IMG/VR virus record: IMGVR_UViG_3300018411_000639 | Span: 48,617-112,616 of that record | Length of the DNA: 64,000 bases | Direction: 5' to 3' (one strand) | Source of the DNA: a virus | Part shown: one piece after another, positions 19,602 to 30,247 of the stretch | Layout: every line of letters starts with the position of its first letter | Numbering within the stretch: the first letter of the stretch is position 1 | Position numbers and translations under genes: made by a program | The notes under the pieces: generated by a model | What the model saw: only the letters and a program-made list of their open reading frames with translations | Told to the model about the DNA's origin: nothing | The model's database searches: none

Positions 19602-20750
19602 CTAAGCTATCTGGATTGCAAACGCACTCGTAGAGAATGATGTAGTCAAATAGGACTGAGCAAAGAAAACTTGAAACTGCTTAGCCCCCTCCTGAATGAT
19701 GTCTCCGCTCAATATGTTCTGGGTGGGCAAAGTAAAGATACCCGTAAGCTTCCCTCTCATTCCACTAAAGGCGCTTCCGTAATACATCTCGGAAAGAATG
19801 TACTTGCCTGCGGCGTTGGGGTTTTTTGGGGTAAGAGAGGATTGAACGGTCTCTGCGACAGAGACCGAGGAAGGCGTGTACTCGCTAGGGAAGTCCGTGA
19901 CAGCCACGGAAGTTGCGCCTGGCCCTGCGCAAGAGACCGCAAACAGCAGCCCGTTCGACCCTCCTTCTGCGCTATAGACTTCATCAGGTATTCCGATATA
20001 GTACAGCGCCCGACCTAAATTCAACTCCGAGGGGTACTCTAACATCAAGATGAGACGATTAGCATTAACGTGGTATTTGTAATTGATAACGACAGTCTCT
20101 CTGTTGAGGACTGTGGTTGCAGCGGCGGGGACGAGGTGTACGACCCTCCAAGCTTCGCCCGTCCTTCTTGGCGAAGTCCCGGCGCTGGTTACGGGCTCCA
20201 CCCGTGTCGTAACGCTTGCTCCTGTACCTGTGACTGTCGGAGTGGTTGCTCCTTCGTAGGTCGGCCTTTGTGTCAAACTTATCTTCGTCGCGTCTACGAC
20301 CGCCGCCGTGTACTGGAGACCTAGAGTGGCGCTATGGATAACGTTAATGAGATTGACCAGATGTTCCGCCGTCCTCCAGTTAGACGTTCCATTCCCACTT
20401 GCAGAATAAGTGAGGGAGAGGTTGTTGAGTGTAACAGTTGCAGCTCCAAAAGTAAGCTCGTAAACGCCCGCAGTGATGTTGGTCGCAGGCACGTATTCTT
20501 TTATCAGGCGCAGCCCCATGATGTGGCCGTCCGTAGTTCTGACGTCCGTAGCGACGTCCCCTCCGTTGTTAGGTCTTAGTTGCAAGATGAGATTTCGATT
20601 CCCTTCCGTGCCAGGAGACGACAGAACAACCGAATCGAGCCTCTCGTTCGTGGAGATGTTTGTCCAACCGTTATTCGTAAACAGGTTCAGTATGGTGTCG
20701 TACAAGTTCTTTTTCAGGCAAGAGCCTGATGAAAAAATATAGTCAGTCAC
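19602..20750 (-). CDS. Virion fibre/appendage structural protein
   Basis: Beta-rich; C-terminal RLIL..YIG..GKY..GMRGKL pattern loosely resembles 41953..44490. Confidence 0.5.
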   Translation of the reverse strand: MTDYIFSSGSCLKKNLYDTILNLFTNNGWTNISTNERLDSVVLSSPGTEGNRNLILQLRPNNGGDVATDVRTTDGHIMGLRLIKEYVPATNITAGVYELTFGAATVTLNNLSLTYSASGNGTSNWRTAEHLVNLINVIHSATLGLQYTAAVVDATKISLTQRPTYEGATTPTVTGTGASVTTRVEPVTSAGTSPRRTGEAWRVVHLVPAAATTVLNRETVVINYKYHVNANRLILMLEYPSELNLGRALYYIGIPDEVYSAEGGSNGLLFAVSCAGPGATSVAVTDFPSEYTPSSVSVAETVQSSLTPKNPNAAGKYILSEMYYGSAFSGMRGKLTGIFTLPTQNILSGDIIQEGAKQFQVFFAQSYLTTSFSTSAFAIQIA

Positions 20751-20764
20751 TGTAAATTCCTCCT

Positions 20765-21010
20765 TTACCCGATTCCGTATCTAAATTTTAATTGCTTGAC
20801 AACGCTCGTCTCTGTTACGGCGAACAGTTGCTCTTTGATGTTTTCAATCGTGGCTTCGTTTACTACCTTCTTTTCGTTTTCGGAGATGCCATCCAGATAT
20901 AGCCCTGCGGAAAAATAATCCTTAAACGCATTGAGCTCTTCTTCTGTTATTGCATCCACGCTAACCCCATATATCTTTCCAACGAAAGATAGTACTAGCT
21001 CTTTATTCAT
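20765..21010 (-). CDS. Hypothetical protein
   Basis: GGAGG RBS; 81 aa; co-oriented. Confidence 0.7.
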   Translation of the reverse strand: MNKELVLSFVGKIYGVSVDAITEEELNAFKDYFSAGLYLDGISENEKKVVNEATIENIKEQLFAVTETSVVKQLKFRYGIG

Positions 21011-21020
21011 GTGAACCCTC

Positions 21021-21680
21021 CTACGCCAGACTGGTCAACTTGATACTTAGATCCAAGTTAACTGTGCCGGCCCCGTTGTTTTCGATTGTGATATGTATCT
21101 TGTCTGTTGCATCCTTGTCTTCGCACGGTGCGTTTACGATGTCATACGCGCTCACTGCGTCCAGACTTTGGTAAACCGTGAAGCCACCGGTCGATTGGTC
21201 CTTAATTTTAAGAGTAACCAGTCCCGTCGAACCGAAGTACACGGTTCGGATGTCGTACTTGCTGAATCCTACATCCAGATGCACTTCTTTAGATGTTCTC
21301 GCCAGCAATGTGTCTGTGTGATTCACTTCTTTTAATTTCGGCACCCCTAGCTCTCCCTCCATGAGTCCAGTCATCAACTCTTTCAGTATGTTCTCGACGC
21401 TCTTTGTTTCGGAAGAGAATAGATTACCTGCATCCGCAACGATGATACTGCTCGCGTCACTGATAGCTATCTCCGTTCCGTTATACAGCAAGGCCCCTGT
21501 TCCAGAGACGGTCAAGCCGTCGAGTGTAGCGAGGTTCCCGTGATCATGAGTCGTGCCGGCAATTTGAAGAGCCTGTTCTATTTTCGTCATGTCGGCAGGA
21601 GCCACAAACTGCCTGTCCTGCGTTTCGACGATCATGTCAGCCGGAATGGCGTCCAGCATCTTAGGGGGTATCTTGCTCAC
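21021..21680 (-). CDS. Fibre-associated structural protein
   Basis: IVETQDRQFV and HDHGNLATLD motifs shared with neighbouring fibre genes. Confidence 0.55.
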   Translation of the reverse strand: MSKIPPKMLDAIPADMIVETQDRQFVAPADMTKIEQALQIAGTTHDHGNLATLDGLTVSGTGALLYNGTEIAISDASSIIVADAGNLFSSETKSVENILKELMTGLMEGELGVPKLKEVNHTDTLLARTSKEVHLDVGFSKYDIRTVYFGSTGLVTLKIKDQSTGGFTVYQSLDAVSAYDIVNAPCEDKDATDKIHITIENNGAGTVNLDLSIKLTSLA

Positions 21681-21701
21681 TTCAACCCCTCCTTCGTATT
21701 T

Positions 21702-21735
21702 AAAAAGAGGAAAGGAGTTACCCCTCCCTCTCTTC
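21702..21735 (-). terminator. Intrinsic terminator
   Basis: AGAGGGAGGGG-TAA-CTCCTTTCCTCT hairpin followed by a T run on the minus strand. Confidence 0.6.
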
Positions 21736-21768
21736 TGATGGATGAAACTCTAGATCAATACGTGTAGC

Positions 21769-22572
21769 TTATCCGATCTGTGTGAATGCGATGGTGATTT
21801 CGTCAGTGGCTTCCAATGCGAAGCTACGGTCTGTCCAAGTCACGATCAATTCATTTGCAACAAAGGCTATTGTGTAGTCTTTGTCTGCGCCCACTTGTTG
21901 GATGAAACCATTGACGGCCAAAATAATATCCGTGAAAGTGGAGAAGTGTGCGCCCGTGCCATCGTTCTTGATTCCTGTGCTGATGGTTGTTGCGTTGTCC
22001 AACACATTAACCGCAATGGTTTTAGAGTACGCCTGAGGGGCTGTGATAGGGAATTCAACCCAAGAAGTCGTAGTCAGGTCGTAGCGGAAGACTTTGTTCG
22101 TGTCAGCGATGGTTACCATCCAACCTTCCTCTGGTGTCGGGTAAGCCGTCACAATATCAGCGAAAGTTGCTACAGGTGTCTTCCATGTCAGGCCCGCGAT
22201 AGCATTCGTGATTTGAGAAGACAATGTTGTTTGGATCGAGTCAGCGTAAGCCTTAGCCGCCGTTTCAGCTGCCCCCGCTTTTGTCGCTGCATCCGAAGCC
22301 GCCGCCGCGATAGCTGCCGCCTCTGCCGCTGTTGCTTTTGCTTCCGCGTCTGCCGCCGCTGTTGCGATAGCCTCTGCTTCAGCTGTATTAGCGTAGCCTT
22401 TAGCGGTAGTCAGCGCAGTAGAGATGCTTGTGTCTGCCTCCGCTTTCGTGTACTTGTCCGCCAGAGACGCTTTTTCTGCATCAGTGACGAAGCGCTTCTC
22501 AGTTGTTTCAACGATTTTAGCTGCTGCTACGTTCTGGAGTTGCTTGGATTTGATTAAGGCCATAATGTACAA
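21769..22572 (-). CDS. Fibre protein with Ala-rich coiled coil
   Basis: AKATAAEAAAIAAAA repeats; WKTPVATFADI..YP.PEEGW fibre motif; start may be ATG 22563. Confidence 0.65.
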   Translation of the reverse strand: MYIMALIKSKQLQNVAAAKIVETTEKRFVTDAEKASLADKYTKAEADTSISTALTTAKGYANTAEAEAIATAAADAEAKATAAEAAAIAAAASDAATKAGAAETAAKAYADSIQTTLSSQITNAIAGLTWKTPVATFADIVTAYPTPEEGWMVTIADTNKVFRYDLTTTSWVEFPITAPQAYSKTIAVNVLDNATTISTGIKNDGTGAHFSTFTDIILAVNGFIQQVGADKDYTIAFVANELIVTWTDRSFALEATDEITIAFTQIG

Positions 22573-22582
22573 TTCCCCTTTG

Positions 22583-23092
22583 CTATCTGAATTTTAGTAT
22601 GTCGTAAATGACATAGATTGTGTCATCCGCTTCAAGAGCGAAATCTTTTGACACCCACCGGATCTGCATCTTGCCTATGTCGGTTGGGTTTTCTTCTGGG
22701 ATGTAATCGGCGGTTGGGTACTGCCATTGTCCGTTGATCACAATACCAACCGACTTCAGGTCAACCACGCCTCCGTCAATCCCGATACCGATAGGAGTCA
22801 GCAATACGCCCAGATGTTCGTCCGATGAAGTCAGAAGCGTCATACGGCGCTCTGCCGTGGCGATCTGTTTTCTCCTCCACCCCGCCACTAGTTCGTCCCA
22901 GACATAGATGGTAGCCTCATCAAGCACTACCCGCATCTGTCCGTTGACATCCCCTCGGACTGGAAGAAGTGACCGCGTCGCAACCGGGGCTTCGAGGTGC
23001 TTGGCTCCCGCAAGCAGGACCTCCAATTCTTTTTGGAGGTTTTCTTGGGTGATGCCGGAGACCTGACGAGCCTTCAGTAATTGTTGTCTCAT
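22583..23092 (-). CDS. Fibre-associated protein (short paralog of 21769..22572)
   Basis: LLKARQV N-terminus and NG..DY..FALEADD C-terminus match the neighbour. Confidence 0.6.
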   Translation of the reverse strand: MRQQLLKARQVSGITQENLQKELEVLLAGAKHLEAPVATRSLLPVRGDVNGQMRVVLDEATIYVWDELVAGWRRKQIATAERRMTLLTSSDEHLGVLLTPIGIGIDGGVVDLKSVGIVINGQWQYPTADYIPEENPTDIGKMQIRWVSKDFALEADDTIYVIYDILKFR

Positions 23093-23112
23093 GGTCGATC
23101 CTACTTTCTTAC

Positions 23113-23382
23113 TTAGGCGACGCTAACCGTCACCCTTGTTACGTTTTTCGTTGCCGGGTCATAGGTGTAAGTCTTTGTGGTTGTACGTCCACCTTCCACG
23201 GTTGTTTCCGTTTCGATGTTATCGTCAACATCGTAAGTGTATGCCGTGTTTCGTTCGATTGCGCCAGTCAGGGTTTCTGTGATGATGTGACCCTGTACGT
23301 CGTATTCGTAATCTACAGCATACGCGCCTTCGGTTACGCCGGCAAAGATTTCCAATGACCGCAGTCGTTTAAGTGCTCTCAT
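23113..23382 (-). CDS. Small YD/RHS-like repeat protein
   Basis: YEYDVQGHI, YTYDVDDNI and YTYDPATKNV repeats. Confidence 0.65.
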   Translation of the reverse strand: MRALKRLRSLEIFAGVTEGAYAVDYEYDVQGHIITETLTGAIERNTAYTYDVDDNIETETTVEGGRTTTKTYTYDPATKNVTRVTVSVA

Positions 23383-23473
23383 ACTGTCACGCTCCTATTG
23401 TGTTTGATGGGACTTGCTTACGTTAGTGAGCCAGGAGCCGAAGCCCCTATTCCACTAAACGAGAGTGCTGTCC

Positions 23474-24814
23474 TTACGGTGCCACTACGGTCAAGCTAAC
23501 TGAAGCTGTTTTAGTTTCTCCGTCCAACTCAGCCGTTACAGTTACTTCAACCGTTCCTTCAGCTAAAGCCGTGAATAGACCTGATGCATCGACTGAGCCG
23601 ATAGAAGCATTGTCTACGCCGAACGAGAAGCTTGCAGGGGCGACTGTTGTATCCTGGTACTCTGCCGAAGCTGTCAGCTGTTCTGTTGCTCCGATCAAGA
23701 TAGTCCCTGATCCTGCGCGACTAAGAAGTACCGTCTGAAGGAATCGAATCAACTCAGCAATCAAGCTGCCACTCGTCACCTTTAGGTTGTACTCCCACCC
23801 TGTAACAGTGTCCACTAGGGGGGCGAATGCCGGAGCGGGCGCTTCCTCTAGAACAGTTACACGGCCACTCAAGTCAGTCACGCTCTGTGTGCTTGCTTTG
23901 GCTGCTACCTCTGTTTCGACTGTTCCCACTCTTCCAGAAAGAGCTGTCAAATCAGCTTCTTCGGCTTTGTTCTTTACATCTCCACTCAAGGCCGTCAGTG
24001 TTGCTCCGAGAGCGTCCACTACAGACTGTTCAGCCTTGTTTGTGATCAGCGTTGTCAAGCCTCCGTCTGCCAATTCCCATTGCGCCTTCAAGTCAGTCAG
24101 CGCATCAAGGATCTGACCGTCGGCATCTGCATCCAGGACGGCAAGGATGTTCGTTACCTTTGTTTGCAGGCCAGTGATGTCGGTTCTGGCTAACCCCAAG
24201 GTTTCCTCTATCGCCGTGATACTGGCTTGAACCTCTGTGTCACTGTACGCTGCAGGAATCAAAGCAACAATCGCATCCAGACGAGCTTGCAGGCTTTCGC
24301 TTGCACCTCTTGCTCCTGTCAACTCAGCGATGACCGCATCCACCACAGCCTGCTCCACCTTGTTGTTGATCAAAGTAGCTAGGCTTCCGTCTGCGCCTTC
24401 CCATTGCGCCTTGATGTTTGCGATGGTATCAAGGATAGAGCCGTCTCCATCTTCATCCATTGCAGCTACGATGCCCGCCACTTTGTCACGCAACTCCGTG
24501 TCGTCGTAAGCGGGGTTGTTCACCGTAAAGCGCGGGATGCCGACAACTTCTGTCGTAGCAAGAACAATATCCCCACTGGTCAAACCTTTCGTAAACACGA
24601 TAGTCTGCCCGTCTTGCAGTGTGTAATCCGTCCCATGGATTGCAAGGACTCCGTCCACGAACACTTTGAGAAGGTGGCCGGTTGTACTGAATACGCCAGA
24701 TGTAATAAAAGTGGTCTGACCACTTGTTGCCGTAAATGTTTCATAGATACCACCGTACTCGGTATCCATTCGTTTACGGACTTTGTTTGCGATTTGCATA
24801 GATAATACGTCCAT
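23474..24814 (-). CDS. Coiled-coil fibre protein with C-terminal Ig-like (Big_2-type) domain
   Basis: Internal duplication (D.D.DG.ILD....KAQWE.ADG.L.TLI.NK); C-terminal SVDASGLFTALAEGTVEVTVT. Confidence 0.65.
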   Translation of the reverse strand: MDVLSMQIANKVRKRMDTEYGGIYETFTATSGQTTFITSGVFSTTGHLLKVFVDGVLAIHGTDYTLQDGQTIVFTKGLTSGDIVLATTEVVGIPRFTVNNPAYDDTELRDKVAGIVAAMDEDGDGSILDTIANIKAQWEGADGSLATLINNKVEQAVVDAVIAELTGARGASESLQARLDAIVALIPAAYSDTEVQASITAIEETLGLARTDITGLQTKVTNILAVLDADADGQILDALTDLKAQWELADGGLTTLITNKAEQSVVDALGATLTALSGDVKNKAEEADLTALSGRVGTVETEVAAKASTQSVTDLSGRVTVLEEAPAPAFAPLVDTVTGWEYNLKVTSGSLIAELIRFLQTVLLSRAGSGTILIGATEQLTASAEYQDTTVAPASFSFGVDNASIGSVDASGLFTALAEGTVEVTVTAELDGETKTASVSLTVVAP

Positions 24815-24932
24815 AAAATCACCTCACTCTTTTACTAGAACAATCCTATTGCAGGACTACCCTGCATTAACCATATACCAGAAGACGAGCTGCATTTGTA
24901 GCAACCCGTCCATGGCTCTTCTTGGTTTCCCT

Positions 24933-27900
24933 CTAAAGAAGGATGACTTTGAAGCGTTTCTTTGTTCCTGATTTATTTTGGAGAATCATCCGCTTGTCGT
25001 TCTCGTAATAACGAAGTCCCGCCGTAGAGGGGTCAATGATATCGAAGTGACGAGTGGATTCGGACTCGGTATGAAGAAACGACACGCTTCTCAGTACCGG
25101 TGTCTTGAATATGTCCGTCGTCTCAAAGATGGCACGAATATATAGCGTCCCTTTGTTCAGCAGATCTAGTTGCGTTTTAGTCAGGGAGAGCAGTGTTTCG
25201 ATGCTCATGGAACTCGCTATGGTTGGGTTCGCCGTGGTGACCCATGTCGCGCCGCTCCAATACTTCCATGCGCTTGCGTTAGGAGAGTCAGATAGAGCAA
25301 AGCGCATTTCAGCGGGATTGTGGTCGATAAAGCGATCAACTTGGATTTGGCTGAATTCGCTCCAATTGGAGGTGTCGATCCCGGTTTTGTTCTGGATGTA
25401 CCCCTCTGAGTTGTGAACGTAACGAACGGGGCAGTAGAGGATGTTCACGTTCTTGAACGTAACTATCCCCTTACCTTTGCTGCTCGAGTACGGTCGCTCT
25501 AACCGAATCCGGACAAACCTAAGTTCTTTCTTGAAATCTACATTTATCCCCAGTTTCGAGTAGGCAGAAGTCCCGTTTTGCGTATAGAGTGTCTCATATT
25601 CTTTTCCATCCAAGGACCACGCAAAAGACGTAATCTGCTGAGCTATCACATAGGCATCCGTGAAGCTGCCCTCATTTCTCCTGAAACCGAACTGAACATT
25701 GGACAACTTATCAATGTAGACGTTGTTCCTGAAGTCGATAACGATATCAACCCATCTCTGGTCCTCTCCAGGGAGATCCCAGTATACGGTGTCATGCTTA
25801 GTAACGTACCACATCTCATCACGATCGCCTGTCGTCGATCCGTGCTCACCTTGGTTATCCAGGATTCTCTGGAACGGGGCAGTGCCGAAACGTGGATCTA
25901 CCGTGTTACTGGGAGCTAGAGTGGAGGATACGTCAAACATGTGTGTAGAAAATGACAACGTAGAATATGACAGAATGTCCTCGGGCGCCATGTACGGGTT
26001 GTCTCTGTCGTAGTCTGACGCCAGTAAACCTCCGTCATTTTCAATTACCGTCTGGTAGGCGAGAAAACGATCCTTTGTGCTTTCGTTCAAGAGCAGGTGC
26101 TCGCTATAAGGGACATAGGCGTCTTTTGACTCCCACACTTGTACACCTCTAAGTTTCTCTACGCTCTCAATGGCGAAGGTGTCGTCCGGCTCCACCCAGT
26201 CGCTCTCGAACTCCTTTATGTCCGGAAGAAGTACCGTAGGAAGGTCAACTGGAACAGATCCTGTATTGACGAAGGATTCGTGGAGGAGGCCCACGTTCTG
26301 CTGAAGCAGTTTAGCGAAGCCCAGCGTTTCTTTTTGCTGTTCTGTCAGGCTCAAGACTTCGTCCTTCAGGCTGTCTGTTGTGTCGATTACACCTGTCCGG
26401 TTTTCAATCAGAGTCCGAACGACACGAAGAATGACCGGCTCGGTCGTCAGGTTTTCGTACGAGAGCGCGCGATAGCCTACGTCATACTCCTTGATTGTCA
26501 CGTTATCTATTTCCTGCCAACGCACATCTCGCCAGTTCAAGACATCGTGACCGCTCACGGCGTATCGCTCGCTTGGGATGTAGTTGCTCATGGATGTCGC
26601 AAGATAAAAGAACCTCGTTTGAGACAGAACGTCGGCTCGGAGCGTGCCAGGTTTCATTCTTTGGAGAGAAGGGAGCGTCATGCCCTTCGACTGAACCTCA
26701 CCCTCTTCGATCACAACGAAAGCGTCCGACTGCATCTGTACATCAATTTGGGACACCTCGGAGTTGACCTCGTAGAAGATAATCTTCAGATAAAGCCATT
26801 CGCTCCCGTGACGGATCTTTTCGAAGGCTCCTTCGGGAATGGACGTGAGTGCCTGGGATGTCATTTGAGCTACCGCAAAAGGAACCCATGTGTCGGTTTC
26901 TACATCAAACACGTAGTAGGCATCCCCATCAAAAGATAGCGCGTAACGAATAGCATCCGGAGTCAGAGCAACCTCTCTTGGGGAGATGTTGCTGATTTTT
27001 TGGTTTGCGATATAGGTCTTCGTCTCATAGGTCTTCGTCGGAGAAAAGACGGGATTGCGGCTCTCTGAGAAGAAAGCTTGCAGATGAGAATCCACAGCAT
27101 CCTCTAAGTGAGAAGTGTCGGTTGCCAGAAAGACAGTTGCGGGCAGACCGCAGTTCTTCTTTGTGCCGTACCTCTTTTGCAATCGGACGGCGTTCGTGAT
27201 GTCTTCGTTGTCGTAAGCCGAAGAATAACGGCCTGCGTATACATCTTTTCCGATGATAGTTCCGGCAAACCCAGAGACACTTCGATTGAACGGAGAGTAA
27301 TTGTAAATGGCTTGCCCTTGTTCGTTCTCGTGATAATCATAGGTCCGGTAATCCGACCCGAACGCGAAAGTCTGGATGGAGCGATCTTTGGTGTCGATCG
27401 TCTTGTAACTTACGGATGTACTGCTGTCGGTCTGCGTATAGATGGTCGTCTCTTCTTGACGCAACGGAGCATGGAAGACAATGCTGATGTCTTCCGCTAT
27501 GATGTCTTGACCTGTTTGTATGGGCAGGATGTCAACTCGCAGAGATTGTTCTCCGGACACAAGGATTCGGACCTTGAGTTCCACTCCTCCGACAGTCACA
27601 ATGTAAGACCCATTCAGGTTCGCCTCGCTGATAGCAACGACATGCCTTGTCCCGTTCAGCTTGAACTCCACGCCCATCGCAACTTGATCGTCTGTTTGCC
27701 AAGCGTTCGCCACATCTTCAGCATAAGTAGCTCGGTCGATTGAGACAGTTCCAACTTCCCCCGATAAAGTTAGACCGGTGGACTCCACGTCAAGGAATCG
27801 CGCGCACAGTTTCGCGTTGAGGTCACGCAAGTGCCGACTGGACAAAGTGTTCTCGCTTGGACTCATACCACTCTCGTCCCTGAAAAGATTAGGTGTGACA

Positions 27901-29087
27901 GCGATAATCTCAGGGATGTAAGACAGGGTCTCTCTTTCGTCGCGCTCGCTGCTCCATACAGAAAGAGCGTAGCGCGCATCCGAATGAAGAGAAGGCATTA
28001 CATCTGCTCTCGGTTGGATCAGGATATCCTCTTCCGAGTGTGTTGCAATGACGGGCTTTGTTGAGACAATCAAACCCGACTTGCTTTCGTACTGAAGGGT
28101 TTTAATTTGAAGGTTGCTCAAGGTGATCGTCTTGCCGGTCTCTCCTGCTGCTGTCGTGAGCTCTATCCTAAGATACGACATTTTTAGGGCGTTGAAGAAA
28201 GAGGCGACCAAATTCCCTGTCCCTGTTTTTGCTTCCGTCCAAAGAGCGCCGTCTTGGGAGTACTGAACCTTGTACTGTAAAGTGCTGGAGGTTGAGGTGA
28301 TATTCAAGAGAACCTCCTTCACCTGAACAGACCCTTGGAAGGAGAAGTCCAGACGAATATTGCCATTCGCAACAACCCAAGCGAGATTGCTGTTGAAGAT
28401 GTTTGCGAGATGACCAGCGCCCGCCTTTGATGTGTAGTTCGCCACTGCGCTCAGGTGACCGGGTACGGCGACAGCGTCCATGGAACTAACCTCTGACCGT
28501 ATTCGCTCGGCTGTCTCGAGAGGTATCGAGAAGAGATCTGACGCAATCCTTGCACGAACAGCGCCATCCACGACTTGCGATTTGTTTTCGTCAAAAGCAG
28601 CTTTTTCAGTGCTGTCAAAAAGAATAGAGCTCACGGGAACAATGCTGTCGGTTGTTTTCACGTAGGCTTTCGAAATGTAATCCATTCCCAATCCCGGAAG
28701 CAGAGCTGTCTGGTTAGGTCCGACGCTGAGGAAGTCTTCCCTTGTTCGGACTTTGTTTTCCAGAGAAATCAACATCTCTTTGGATGCATCCCGGATGACC
28801 TCGGTAACGTTCTCCGGCATCCGAGCCAAGATCTCTAGTTTTGTCTGCTCAACGTTTTCCAGAACCATGTTCGTATCTACGGCGTGCGTGTTGACGATGC
28901 TCTCCATTGAACGAAGACGGTCATCAATGCTCTGATGACCGCCCCTTGCTCCAATGATTTCGCCGTTTCCGCCAACTTGCTGAAGAACAGTCTCCTCGAT
29001 CGCGTCTTGGAGCGTCGCCCGTTCCCCTTTGAAGTTCTTGATCTCGTTATAGATATTTGCGATGATCGTGTATAGCTTATTCTGCAC
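24933..29087 (-). CDS. Large fibre/receptor-binding protein with discoidin-like beta-sandwich domains
   Basis: N-terminal GARG..DRL coiled-coil motif; YKVQYSQDGALW and WSLDGKEY..RFVRI motifs. Confidence 0.55.
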   Translation of the reverse strand: MQNKLYTIIANIYNEIKNFKGERATLQDAIEETVLQQVGGNGEIIGARGGHQSIDDRLRSMESIVNTHAVDTNMVLENVEQTKLEILARMPENVTEVIRDASKEMLISLENKVRTREDFLSVGPNQTALLPGLGMDYISKAYVKTTDSIVPVSSILFDSTEKAAFDENKSQVVDGAVRARIASDLFSIPLETAERIRSEVSSMDAVAVPGHLSAVANYTSKAGAGHLANIFNSNLAWVVANGNIRLDFSFQGSVQVKEVLLNITSTSSTLQYKVQYSQDGALWTEAKTGTGNLVASFFNALKMSYLRIELTTAAGETGKTITLSNLQIKTLQYESKSGLIVSTKPVIATHSEEDILIQPRADVMPSLHSDARYALSVWSSERDERETLSYIPEIIAVTPNLFRDESGMSPSENTLSSRHLRDLNAKLCARFLDVESTGLTLSGEVGTVSIDRATYAEDVANAWQTDDQVAMGVEFKLNGTRHVVAISEANLNGSYIVTVGGVELKVRILVSGEQSLRVDILPIQTGQDIIAEDISIVFHAPLRQEETTIYTQTDSSTSVSYKTIDTKDRSIQTFAFGSDYRTYDYHENEQGQAIYNYSPFNRSVSGFAGTIIGKDVYAGRYSSAYDNEDITNAVRLQKRYGTKKNCGLPATVFLATDTSHLEDAVDSHLQAFFSESRNPVFSPTKTYETKTYIANQKISNISPREVALTPDAIRYALSFDGDAYYVFDVETDTWVPFAVAQMTSQALTSIPEGAFEKIRHGSEWLYLKIIFYEVNSEVSQIDVQMQSDAFVVIEEGEVQSKGMTLPSLQRMKPGTLRADVLSQTRFFYLATSMSNYIPSERYAVSGHDVLNWRDVRWQEIDNVTIKEYDVGYRALSYENLTTEPVILRVVRTLIENRTGVIDTTDSLKDEVLSLTEQQKETLGFAKLLQQNVGLLHESFVNTGSVPVDLPTVLLPDIKEFESDWVEPDDTFAIESVEKLRGVQVWESKDAYVPYSEHLLLNESTKDRFLAYQTVIENDGGLLASDYDRDNPYMAPEDILSYSTLSFSTHMFDVSSTLAPSNTVDPRFGTAPFQRILDNQGEHGSTTGDRDEMWYVTKHDTVYWDLPGEDQRWVDIVIDFRNNVYIDKLSNVQFGFRRNEGSFTDAYVIAQQITSFAWSLDGKEYETLYTQNGTSAYSKLGINVDFKKELRFVRIRLERPYSSSKGKGIVTFKNVNILYCPVRYVHNSEGYIQNKTGIDTSNWSEFSQIQVDRFIDHNPAEMRFALSDSPNASAWKYWSGATWVTTANPTIASSMSIETLLSLTKTQLDLLNKGTLYIRAIFETTDIFKTPVLRSVSFLHTESESTRHFDIIDPSTAGLRYYENDKRMILQNKSGTKKRFKVILL

Positions 29088-29106
29088 GGTATCACTTTCT
29101 TTCTGC

Positions 29107-30072
29107 TTAGTATTTGACTGTTATAGAGAATCCGTCGATCAGCGGAATAAGGAAGACAATCTTCCCGTTCGTGATCAGGTAATCATTTCCATGCTCGAGC
29201 ATCAAGCCATCAATGTAGACGACCGAGTTACTCGTAACACTTTCCGGAAGATAGTAAGTGTCCTCCGAAGACGTCACATCAAACTCATGCTCTTTATAGG
29301 AGAGAGTTATCCGGTTCTCCAATTCCTGAAGTTTGTCTGTGATGTAAGGCAGGGTAATCAGGTTCGGAAGGTTAGCCGGCAATAGCTGCTCCAGATTCCC
29401 GACACGAGAGGACATTTCCTGAACAAAAGCCATCAGAGTTTCTGCTGTTGCGCTTTCCAGAATCCCTGCAGTCTTTACAAAATCAAGGGCTTCGATCTTG
29501 GCCAGACGAAAAGCCAACTCGTTCGTAATACCTGAGTTCGTCACAACCTGAAGGACTTCGCCACCTGAAGAACTTGACCGCAATAACTGGCCAAGCCCGT
29601 CGTACTCGTACTCCTTCTGTCCGATCAAAAGTCCCTCGGTATCGTAGAAGGCTTCTTTTGTGATATTTCCTTGTCCATCGTAGGTGTAGTGGGTGTCATA
29701 ATTCAGCTCACCACGAACCGTCTCCTTGGTTATGTCTCCGTTGGGATTGTATTCGTAGGTGCGAGCAACCGTCAACCTCTCCAATACCTCGGTAGCACGG
29801 AACAGATCCATGTTCGTCAGTCGTTCATTCAGCGAAGCATTGAACCCTCTCGCGTCAGCAATCTCTTGCTCGAGCGCCTCTGTGGAAAGGGCCGCTCCGT
29901 CGATTGTTTCCTGTACGGCAGCTTGCACGGTAGCCATCCGGCCTTCCAGTTCGATGACTTTTCCTGCGTTCGCCTCCGTCTCGACATGGAGACCTCGAAT
30001 TTCTTCTCCGAGGTCTTTGTACTGAGGATCGGTAGCTTTGATGTACTTTAGCTTATTCGTTGTAGCGGGCAA
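29107..30072 (-). CDS. Fibre-associated protein with YD repeats and a C-terminal beta module
   Basis: DARG..NERL; YEYNPNGDI / YTYDGQGNI / YEYDGLGQL; VYIDGL..GNDY. Confidence 0.6.
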   Translation of the reverse strand: MPATTNKLKYIKATDPQYKDLGEEIRGLHVETEANAGKVIELEGRMATVQAAVQETIDGAALSTEALEQEIADARGFNASLNERLTNMDLFRATEVLERLTVARTYEYNPNGDITKETVRGELNYDTHYTYDGQGNITKEAFYDTEGLLIGQKEYEYDGLGQLLRSSSSGGEVLQVVTNSGITNELAFRLAKIEALDFVKTAGILESATAETLMAFVQEMSSRVGNLEQLLPANLPNLITLPYITDKLQELENRITLSYKEHEFDVTSSEDTYYLPESVTSNSVVYIDGLMLEHGNDYLITNGKIVFLIPLIDGFSITVKY

Positions 30073-30082
30073 TTACGCTCAC

Positions 30083-30232
30083 CTACCTCTCGCTCGATTT
30101 AACAGACTTTGTAGCCCTTTTCTGTTTGGGGGAGGTTGCTGCCTTCAAGGATTCATTCTCTTTCCTGAGGGCCTCGTTTTCTTTCTTGAGAGCGACTGAC
30201 ACGCTCTCTATGGTTTCGAACTTAAATCCCAT
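30083..30232 (-). CDS. 49-aa coiled-coil hypothetical protein
   Basis: Below the ORF-track cutoff; AGAGGTG RBS; MGFKFETIESVSVALKKENEALRKENESLK...; fills the gap between two genes. Confidence 0.65.
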   Translation of the reverse strand: MGFKFETIESVSVALKKENEALRKENESLKAATSPKQKRATKSVKSSER

Positions 30233-30247
30233 ATCTTCTCACCTCTC

